The position numbers and the translations under genes are program-made. A DNA stretch of 64,000 bases from Octopus vulgaris (lineage: Eukaryota): NCBI GenBank assembly GCA_951406725.2, contig OX597815.1, positions 70,618,001-70,682,000 on the forward strand, in the 5' to 3' direction. Below are positions 50,262-59,920 of the stretch, piece after piece. Positions within the stretch are counted from its first letter, which is position 1; every line of letters begins with the position of its first letter. The notes beneath the pieces are model-generated. The model worked only from the letters and a program-made list of their open reading frames with translations. It did not search any database and was not told where the DNA came from.

Positions 50262-50282
50262 GTGACAATTAGTTGGTTGTCA

Positions 50283-50343
50283 TAATAAAACTCAATTTCG
50301 GATGCCGGGGCTGAAGTCTGCTCCGGCATCTCATCAGTTATTA
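50283..50343 (-). ncRNA. Hammerhead-like motif inside a 120-bp element with inverted ends (50254-50372)
   Basis: taataa-CTGATGA-gatgccgg...ccggcatc-c-GAAA-ttgag-TT-ttatta; one extra C before GAAA and a weak stem III. Confidence 0.55.
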
Positions 50344-50492
50344 AGAATACTAACTAGTTGTCACATATTATATATATAGATAAATTCCTCTATTTACATA
50401 ATATCGAGGTCTCATTCATTCTTTTGTTGTCATATTGTTATTATTAATATATATATATATATATATATATATAGATAGATAGATAGAGAGAG

Positions 50493-50562
<70 letters not shown>

Positions 50563-50714
50563 TTATATAAATACGCACACACACAATACATGGTACCTTC
50601 ATCTGGAAAGTTTCCAGTAGTTCAGATACAAAAGTTCGCTTCACAACCACTTGGGCAAATGTCTTCTACTATAGCTCTGGTCCCATCAATATCAGAAACT
50701 ATTTAGTATCTGTC

Positions 50715-50807
<93 letters not shown>

Positions 50808-51228
50808 TACATATATATATATATATACACACACACACATACGTTAGACGGAAACTATAGGCGCAGGTTTAAAGGCCGTGTGGTAAGAAGTTTCCTTCCC
50901 ATTTACATGTTTCGGGGTTCAGTCACATTGTTTTCTTCTATTACCTCGGGCTGTGGATTTGGTTGTTGAAAATTGAAAGAAGCCTGGAGTGTGTGTGTGT
51001 GTTGAAGCACCAGCATGCAACCCTAGTATTTAAATCCACAGAAGAATACACTTCGAACGAGCCTAGGCATCTGACATTCTAACACCGTTAATCCTGGTAT
51101 CATAGCGAAAAGGTGGGGGTGAGAGGTAAAGTAGTCTTTAGTAGAACTTGAACTCAGTATGCCGTAAGTCGGAACAAATACTAACAAGACATTAATACCA
51201 TATTGTTACCGAACCATCTTGGTTGGCG

Positions 51229-52054
51229 GGATCTTTTCCTTTTGAACGGCAGACAATTTCTACTTAACTAAACACTTTAAAACTTCGTATACTGGTAGAA
51301 TGTGTCAAAATAAAACATTTTTTTCTCTTGGCTTTCTTGAGAAAATTGTAATTTGTTTGTTTAACATAGTTTAATTTTTCGAATTTTAACCAATCCTATG
51401 CTCTCTTTTGAGCTAAAATCATTTGCTGCGTCTAAAACTGAGACAACATCCTGTAACTAACCCTAAACCTCTCCCTAACCCTAATTTTTTTTTTCTTAAT
51501 TGTTAAATTAATTTAATTGTTATGCGTGTAAAAAAAACTAAAGCAATGGAAAATAATTTAAGCAATTAACAAACAAAATAATTCTATAATTTTATACACA
51601 CGCTTTCCGTATACGTATACGGAAAGCGTGTGTATAAAATTATAGAATTATTTTGTTTGTTAATTGTTTAAATTATTTTCCATTGCTTTAGTTTTAAATT
51701 ATTTAAATTATTTTCCATTGCTTTAGTTTGTTTTTTTTACACGCATAACAATTAAATTAATTTAACAATTAAGAAAAAAAAATTAGGGTTAGGGAGAGGT
51801 TTAGGGTTAGTTACAGGATGTTGTCTCAGTTTTAGACGCAGCAAATGATTTTAGTTCAATGGATGTAATCGATTGGTCAAAATTGCCGAAATGCTCGGAT
51901 TTTCAGACGAAATATCTTACAAACTATAGAATTTTCTCAATAAAACCAAGAGAAAATGATGTTTTATAAACACATTCTACCAGTATACGAAGTTTAAAAC
52001 TTTTTAGTTACCTAGAAATTATGTTACAAACTGCCGTTCAAAAGGAAAAGATCC
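51229..52054. mobile_element. Fold-back MITE with 8-bp TSD
   Basis: TIR GGATCTTTTCCTTTTGAACGGCAG; TSD GGTTGGCG at 51221-51228 and 52055-52062; spacerless palindrome centred at 51614/51615. Confidence 0.92.
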
Positions 52055-53424
52055 GGTTGGCGAATGTTATGAGACGATTTCGTTTAGCAGTTTGGACACT
52101 AGCGATTTAGCACGGTTGACAGGACATTCAGCCTGTTTTAGCCGCAGTACTTTCTGGCACTGGAGGCAAACATACACACGCTCACACACACACATAGAAA
52201 TAGACACGTACATCGAAAGAGTGAATGAGAGAGAGAGAGAGAAAGAGTGAGGGGGGGGAGGGGAAAGAAAGAAGAAGAAGAAGAAGAAGAAGAGACAAAA
52301 TAAATATGTCAGCGTCAAATAAAAGACGTCAAATTGGTGACAGCAAAATGGTTGTGCGAAAATGCCTCACATCCGTTCGCGGCTGATGGTTGTTTCTTTA
52401 AACCTAAACAGGAGCTTACATTATCTTTCAAGTATTATAAATACCGACGTCACTATATAAGCAGTGTCACTAAATTTTGCTTAGATCAAAGGTGTAACTT
52501 GTGATTTTGCAAGAAGCCAGGAAATACCGGCCACCAAGAGACCTAATATAATGCCTTGTATGTCTTTAGCGAAGTTTTCTAATGCCACCTTCCGCTTTAT
52601 TCTTCATCTTTCAGGGTTTTCTAATGAAATTTTTACCAAAGGTTTATGTCAGGTATTAGCGACATTGATTTTCCCAATTCCATGTATGGAGTATGCAAAG
52701 ATCATAAACTCTCCTCCTCAACAGTAAACACCCGTATAAGTAGAAAAAGCAGATAAATACAAGTAGGTTGGATTAGCGTATTTATAGGGAGTACAAATAA
52801 GCAAATAAAATGAGCATGCCTTTTTGTTTATTTATAATGCATATAAATAATTTGATTAAACCTTCTTGTGTTTTATTGTTTTTAACTTCCATACCCGATC
52901 GATCAAAATCGCTCTTATAGTCAACTTCCAACATCAGAGTCACCTACACGGGTTGAAAAAGTTGCAAGTTTTCATTTATGTTAGAAAGAACTTAATTGCT
53001 GAACAGCCAGCGATTCCACACTTGGTTTAGTCTTCTTCAACACCACACACACGCACTAGAATAGCTGGGGTGGGTGGGGTGTGTCTGCTGTAGGCAATAC
53101 GTGTTTTTTGAGGGGTCCGGGGCGGCACACACTCTAGCTACGCTACTGCACACACGTACACATTATATATCCATCTTCATGTGTGTGTACGGGCGCGCGT
53201 ATGTATGCAAGCCTCTTTCAGTTTCCTTCTACCAAATGCACTCACTCAGCTTAGGTGTACAGTAGAAAGCACTTGCCCAAGCTTCCACACTAAATGAAAT
53301 TTTCTTCCTGTACGAAACGATCCACGGTCGACTATAAATCACATTCTCATTGCTATAATCTATTATTTTGATTTCTCCTTTTGTAAAACTTCGATTACCA
53401 TCAAATACTCTAAATTTACTGACG

Positions 53425-53800
53425 GAGGGCAGTTAACTCCGTTCAGTTATTCATTATTTATCGCATATACATAAACAGATGGCGCTACATACAACTTTGC
53501 CCGAGAAGCGACATCTGAGATTTATTGCAAGTTGTCTGCTCAATCATTTACTTGTATTCTCCTGCGCAATCGATTAAACTTGATTGATCTCTGCAATCGA
53601 TATTCTGCCAATCGTTATTACTTACTAGCAATATAAAGTCTTTTGTATTGCATACTACTAGCAGCACACAATTTATATAGCGATCTAAGTATTCCCTTAT
53701 GCAGTTGTGTGTTGTTAGTAGCTTGTAGTTATGGATTAAGGTGTACGTGTGTAGAAACTTCTCTTGTGCAAGAGTATGCATACATACATATACATACCTG
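53425..53800 (-). repeat. Unclassified dispersed repeat (copy of 31000-31367)
   Basis: Reverse-complement homology with an identical ~60-nt core. Confidence 0.85.
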
Positions 53801-54046
53801 TACATTTTAAACATTGTGTGTGTGTGTGTGCTTGTGGGTGCACGTATTTATGTGTGTGTGTGTGTGTGTTTGTGTAGTGGCTTTATGTAAATATAACTGC
53901 TGTCACAGAAAAACTTATTTTACCGTAAAAAAAAGTGCTGTTAAGTGAAATTTGGCGGTCGAAGATCGAATCCGCGCCATGCCTGCATGAAGCCACTACA
54001 TATATGATGAAATAATGTATTTGACTCATAAAAGTATTAGTTAAAT

Positions 54047-54426
54047 GGATCTTTTCGGTTTGAACGGCAGTTTTTTCTAGAGGTGTCATATGAAATTGTC
54101 ACCCATAATTATGACCCTAGTATCGATCTATTGCATTTCAATCTGTTTTAGGGTTAGGGTAAGGGGTGGGGGGAAGGGTATCTTTTTCTTCAGAAATGTA
54201 AATAAACCCAATCTGTTTCTTAAACGAGGGACATATTCATACGGCACAGAATGTTTTCACCTCAAATAGACGTCATTGATTGGTTGAAATTGCAGAAATT
54301 GAAGAAAAAAAGCAACAAATATCTTACAAACTATAAGAATTTTCTCAATAAAGCCAAGAGAAGTTTAAAAGTGTTTAGTTAATTGGAAATTATTTTTAAA
54401 AACTGCCGTTCAAACCGAAAAGATCC
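54047..54426. mobile_element. MITE with GGATCTTTTC TIRs
   Basis: TIRs at both ends; TSD AGTTAAAT / AGTGAAAT (7/8); reverse orientation relative to 31508-31922. Confidence 0.9.
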
Positions 54427-54520
54427 AGTGAAATTAATTTCGATCGTGTTTTGTTTTGGAAAAAGTTTTATAAGACTTACACTTTCATTAAAGCAGTATC
54501 TATGGAAGATCGGTGGAATT

Positions 54521-55157
54521 ATATATATATATAAAACTGTAGTTGTGTGAGTGTCTGTCCCCTTCGATTTAGATTCCTAACTACTCCCACATTTTGCGGT
54601 GCAGTTTAACCAAATTCGGGTATCTTATAGTCGTGATTCATATCGAGCCCGTCTGAGTATTAGCGCGCGTCTACGATGAGTCTACGATTTTAAAAATAAT
54701 TTAACATAATTTTTTATTCCATTTTAATGCATAATTTTTCGTGTGTCGATGGCGGCGGAGTTGGCATCCACGCTCACACCTGCACCTGTGGGGAAGGGAG
54801 TGTAAGGAAATCAACGTCGTAATGCGTTGTCAAGGAGACCAGCGTTCTTTTAGAACAACGACTTCATGGCTTGAAGACACCAAAACAGAAATGGCTAAGA
54901 AAGCGTCTACGATGAGTCTACGATTTAAAAAAAAATTTACCATCATTTTTTCCATTTTAATGCATTTTTTCGCTATTATATAAGGGAAGTAACTCTCTAA
55001 AAATGTCTACGATGAGTCAACGATTTAAAAAAAAATTACCATCATTTTTTATTCCATTTTTAATGCATTTTTTGCTATCTTTTTGCTATAACTCACTAAA
55101 AATGCTTATATAGTTATTTCCCTTACAAACCCGAGCAACGCCGGGCGATACTGCTAG
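54521..55157 (+). mobile_element. Non-autonomous Helitron with internal subrepeats
   Basis: 3' hairpin CCCGAGCAACGCCGGG followed by CTGCTAG|T, as at 39517. GTCTACGATGAGTC occurs three times. Confidence 0.82.
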
Positions 55158-55685
55158 TTAATTATATGAACTTAAAGATTGATCGCAATTTAGCATATAA
55201 TTTAGTTATTGCAGTTTACCGATACAGTGTACATATACCAATACAATGTACATTAGTTTATGTCTCTTGTTGTAGTTTTAGTAAAGTTAGTTTTTAATCC
55301 TGCCTATATATTGATTGATTGAAATAATGTGATTATTAAGTTTTTACTTTTACATTACACTACGGAAGACGGTAGAGATTATGATTTTGTATGACTTAAT
55401 GGAGTTGTCGCTGTTTAGTTACGTATTTAGGAATGGTTTGTAGTTTACTTACGGAATATTTTTATCGATACGGTTGTACATTGGTTTGTTTGTTCCCAAA
55501 CACCACTTATTTTAGTGCTGTTGACACCACCGGATTGAATGGTACTGGCCAGGTGTCGAAACCATAATGATATCCTTGGAGGTATGTTGGATTGTTGGTA
55601 TGACTGTTTTTGTATATGTCGATTAGTATTATTGGATTGTTAGTATGGCTGTGGAATAGTATTATAACACATCCTTTTGATATAT

Positions 55686-56060
55686 AGGCGTTAGGAGTGG
55701 CTGTGTGGTAAGTAGCTTGCTTACCAACCACATGGCTCCGGGTTCAGTCTCTGGCACCTTGGATAAGTGTCTTCTACTATAGCCTCAGGCCGACCAAAGC
55801 CTTGTGAGTGGATTTGGTAGACGGAAACTGAAAGAAGCCCGTCGTATATATGTATATATATATGTGTGTGTATGTATGTGTATGTGTGTCTGTGTTTGTC
55901 CCCCCAACATCGCTTGACAACCGATGCTGGTGTGTTTACGTCCCCGTAATTTAGCGGTTCGGCAAAAGAGATCGATAAGATAAGTCCTGGGGTCGATTTG
56001 CTCGACTAAAGGCGGTGCTCCAGCATGGCCACACTCAAATGACTGAAACAAGTAAAAGAG
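55686..56060 (+). mobile_element. Full-length CORE-like tRNA-derived SINE
   Basis: TGGCTGTGTGG A-box-like and GGTTCAGTC B-box-like motifs, CACCTTGG...AAGTGTCTT body, tail CAGCATGGCCAC...TGACTGAAACAAGTAAAAGAGTA. Confidence 0.88.
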
Positions 56061-56083
56061 TATATATATATATTATATATTTT

Positions 56084-56268
56084 TTCAAAATGTGACCTCG
56101 TGTGTACCGTTGGCGATTTTTTTCCCTCTGTCTTCCCTTCTCTGGATCTTTCCGACGAAGAGCTCCGCTCGAAACGTTAAACCCTCCTTCTTTCCTGAGC
56201 GTCCAATAATACTATATTTGTTCCACGTCCTCGCGTTGTTGTTTTTTTTTGTGCTTTCTTGTTTGGAT

Positions 56269-56275
<7 letters not shown>
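56084..56275 (+). mobile_element. Short Penelope-derived repeat with hammerhead-like motif
   Basis: tttCCGACGAa-gagc-tcc-gctc-GAAA-CGTT-aaa at about 56149-56181; flanked by (TA)n. Confidence 0.75.
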
Positions 56276-56337
<62 letters not shown>

Positions 56338-57964
56338 AATTAAATATATATACTATATGAAAACAATATTGTACTAAATATATTGGGTCATCCCATGAAT
56401 AATGTGGCTTTTTTTATATACTTCTTTTATTTTTCAATAAATTAAGATAAATACATTTTTTAAAAATCTAAAATATATTCTCCTTCACTAGACCTAGTTG
56501 GTTTGGCTGCCAGCATCAATTACTGTTCAAATTGATTCAGTGTAATGATATACTTTTATAGGCTAATGATTGACGTGAAAATCATTTTCGCTATAAATCA
56601 ATAAATAAAGAGTTATTAGCAATCAAAGTTTGGAAAATTTGGGTAATTTTAGCCAATCGTAAGCCACAGACACATCTATGCTTGTTTACATAGTAACAAG
56701 CCAAACATGAGAACGCTTTCGTCAGCGAGAAAGCACGTGTGATGACAAATATATTCTACGCGATGCCAGGGGTGTTTACGCTATGTTCTGTTGCTTGTGC
56801 CTATCTGTTGTTTGTACCCTGGTAGTGAGATGTGCAAAAAATAACATCTAAATCGCCCTTAAATTACATCCCCATCATTAAAAAATTTCATTTTGCATAA
56901 TCGTATCAATACCTGTGTTTAGGGTAAAAAAGTCATGAGGGGTTATATGTCGTACGTTAAGCAGAATTTGATTCATTTACAGTTTTGTAGTGGATCTTGC
57001 ATGCATGAAGTGGATTCGATCCACCACAGCCAAATTTAAATTAACACTGCTACAGAACTTTTCCCACGGTGGAACAATGGTTTTTCTCACACAGCAGTTT
57101 TACATTTTCCAGATGCCTTTAGTTAGGCCAAAATAATGTCTTCGCTACTTGACCCTTTCTAACATCTTCTACTTCACCAAAAGCTAGAATAGAGATAACA
57201 AGACCACCAACTAAATCTATTGTTCTCAATGATATATCTATCCTTCTGGATCTTAATATAAGCAAGCACATCCCAAGCAAAAATCAGTTCGTTACAGTCG
57301 TGACGACTCAACGGAGTTAGTCACTTGCCGAAAACTGAACGAAGCAGCTCGTGACGACACAATTAGTTAAGGAAAGGACTGCTAGAATATAATGGTCAGC
57401 GAGAGAAATGAAAATTCTTGTCAGCAGCTGTGAGACAACACCATACAATTCTCTCTAGCTCTAATACTGTCCCTTACAACGTCATTCTATTTCTCTCGGT
57501 AATTACTACTACTAAACAATGAAGAGGACACATACACAAACTTTACTTCGCATGCTAATGGATTTATCACAACCTGCTCGTCGAGGTTAGGTATTGTAAC
57601 GTAACGGTAAATAAATACTTTCTTAAAACTTCATGCATTGTTCCATCTTTCACATCCTACAGTATGCTGTCATAACAACAAAAAAATTATCGTTGCATCT
57701 GCTGACCACAACATATCATAATATTGTTTACCAATGCATTTTTGCCGTTACAATTTCATACAAAAACGCGCGCTATTTTCAGAGTGTTGACAACACGTGC
57801 AGTAACGCACAAAATGACAGCTTCCAAGTTCTGTTTCCTGACTGGGTGAAAACGATCAAACTTTAAACCTCTATAACTTTCTAAAAACATGCTAAAATGG
57901 TATGGGTTTTCAGTCAGTTGTAGTCTGTAAACTGATTCCTCAGGTTTGGAAAGACTTTATTCAT

Positions 57965-58823
57965 TAGTTACTTTAAATCAGGTACCATATGTCCAAAAGC
58001 AATTTTACCCGGCCATCCTTCTTGCCAACCGAAGTGCCATTACCGATGTCCAACAGTTGCTTTGAAAAGTTTCTGTCTGCATCATCACCGCTGAGCTGCA
58101 CTCTCATGCTGGTTGTGAGTCTCAGCTTTTGCACACTACTCCATAGGTAGGACGACTTTATAGTGGAATTTACCTCGTCAGCTCTAGTCCCCTTTGGAAC
58201 CACGGGAAGGGTTTGTTTAAAGTCACCTGGAAGTAAAACTGTGGCACCTCCTATAAGCCTGATGTTGTGTCTCAGATCCTGAAGGGCCATGTCAAGAGCG
58301 TCAAAGGAAACCTTATGGCTCATTGTCGCCTCATCCCAGATAATCAACCTGCATTCACCCAAGAGTTTGCATTCTATAGAACCACGACTAATGTTGCAGT
58401 TTGCCTTCTCTTTCTTGGACAGGTCCAAAGGGAGTTTGAAGCACGAATGAGCTGTGTGGCCACCACTTAGCAAAGTTGCAGCTATTACACTTGACGCCAC
58501 TGCTATGGCAATGTTTCATTTGACGCAGTTTATCCAGAAGTTTGATGACAAATATCTTGTCAGTTCCACCTGGAGTATCCAGCAAGAAAAGACTTCCTCT
58601 TTCACTTTCAATGCTTGAAATAATAGTCTTATAAACACCCAGTTGGTCCTCTATCAGTTTGTGTTCGTTATCAGCTATTTACGCCGTCATTTCCTCGATG
58701 TCATAGCTGATTTCTCGCAGGTACTCAATCGTGAGATTGTTTGCTGCCTGCTCCGGTTGAGGCAAACCAAATGTGGCAATGCCTTGACTTCCCATACCTT
58801 GCACTCAGATGTACAAGTCAAGT
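57965..58823 (-). pseudogene. Helitron PIF1 helicase region, decayed
   Basis: LDTPGGTDKIF (Walker A relic), ASSVIAATLLSGGHTAHS, LIIWDEATM, GDFKQTLPVV, LRLTTSMRV, LLDIGNG. Confidence 0.92.
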
Positions 58824-58828
58824 AGTGC

Positions 58829-59107
58829 TGTGGGATGACGTCAGCAGCCGGGTGCGTTGACCGGAAGCTGGGGCAACCGGAAGGGGTCAGCCGTCAGGCG
58901 TGCGCAGGGAGCGGGAATTGCGCCCTTTCCAACGTGGGTCTTGCAGGTGACAAGACGTGTGAGGACGTCGCTAAGGGTTTGGGCTAGCAACTGCTATCGT
59001 TAGTGTTCGGGTCGGGGCTGTGAGGAAGGACTAGTCATCACTGGAGGGTCTCCGTCACTAAGAAGAGAAGGTAGGTGCCTCTATATTCAAATCGCGCACA
59101 CACTACA
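58829..59107 (+). repeat. 5' LTR (279 bp)
   Basis: Direct repeat of 62700-62978; five substitutions counted by eye. Confidence 0.97.
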
Positions 59108-59119
59108 AGCTATTTCGGC
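59108..59119 (+). promoter_or_regulatory. Non-canonical primer-binding site complementary to tRNA-Phe nt 1-12
   Basis: AGCTATTTCGGC abuts the 5' LTR. Its reverse complement GCCGAAATAGCT is the 5' end of animal cytosolic tRNA-Phe(GAA). Confidence 0.8.
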
Positions 59120-59151
59120 CGTTCTTAAACATTTACATTTTTTTCAACACG

Positions 59152-59916
59152 ATGTCTGCAAAAATTAGGATCGCCAGTGACGTCGTCAGACCTTTTAATG
59201 GCGAAGGCGATGTAGTGGCCTGGATTCGTAAAATCAGGCTGGTGGTAAGACTGCAGGGCATAAGCGACGTGGCGAGTCTTATGGCGCTGTATTTAGAAGG
59301 GAGCGCGTTAACGCTCTACCTAGAGATGGATGAAGAGGAACGACTCAGCGAGGAGAATATAGAGCGACGCTTGCGTGATGCCTACACGGAATGCGAGTAC
59401 ACAGCTTTTGCTAATCTAGGTGCAATCAGGTGGACGGGAGGCCAAGTGGATGACTTTGCATCAGAAGCTAGAAGGCTAGCGACTCTGGCCGGGTTTGCCG
59501 GAGAAGGACTGGAGAGAGCAGCCCGACTGGCGTTCGTGAATGGGTTCCCCGACGATGTAGGGATTCACCTACAACGACTGCCCGGGGTTAAAAAGATGTC
59601 GTTGAGCGAACTTGTAGCTCAGGTTCGCGTGTTGACGAGACACTCTGGGCGGAAGGCGATAGCGATGGCGGTGACGGAGGCGCGTAAAGACGGACGACGT
59701 CCCGAGAAAGAGGTACAGAAGCTTACCGTGCAACGAGAGCGGCCGTTCTCAGGACGGTGTTTTAGATGCCAGGGACCGCACATGGCGCGGGACTGTACGC
59801 AGCCGGGGCCCGTTTGCTATCGATGCAGGCAGACAGGGCACATTGCCCGTGATTGCGACCAGGGAAACGACCGCGGGGAAGTTGCTGCCTCTCGAACTTT
59901 CCCCTCAAACGAGTAG
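59152..59916 (+). CDS. gag: Gag with two CCHC zinc knuckles
   Basis: Intact 254-aa ORF; CFRCQGPHMARDC and CYRCRQTGHIARDC. Confidence 0.93.
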   Translation: MSAKIRIASDVVRPFNGEGDVVAWIRKIRLVVRLQGISDVASLMALYLEGSALTLYLEMDEEERLSEENIERRLRDAYTECEYTAFANLGAIRWTGGQVDDFASEARRLATLAGFAGEGLERAARLAFVNGFPDDVGIHLQRLPGVKKMSLSELVAQVRVLTRHSGRKAIAMAVTEARKDGRRPEKEVQKLTVQRERPFSGRCFRCQGPHMARDCTQPGPVCYRCRQTGHIARDCDQGNDRGEVAASRTFPSNE

Positions 59917-59920
59917 AGGC
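59862..59920 (+). promoter_or_regulatory. Predicted -1 ribosomal frameshift signal
   Basis: G GGA AAC in the gag frame, 6-nt spacer, stem GGGGAAGTT/AACTTTCCCC, and loop GCCTCT able to pair with AGAGGC (59915-59920). The protease is in the -1 frame. Confidence 0.8.

Noticed and set aside
51455-51485. TAACCC repeats as an interstitial telomere
   Set aside because: Only a few imperfect units, always inside the MITE family.
55507-55680. Minus-strand peptide TYLQGYHYGFDTWPVPFNPVVSTALK*
   Set aside because: The ORF starts inside a SINE, includes a short local duplication, and has no recognisable homology or strong acceptor.
58829-59125. Tf1-type self-priming or half-tRNA-iMet priming of the LTR element
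   Set aside because: I found no complement of the site within the LTR and no GGTTATGGGCCCAG-like sequence; tRNA-Phe nt 1-12 fits exactly.
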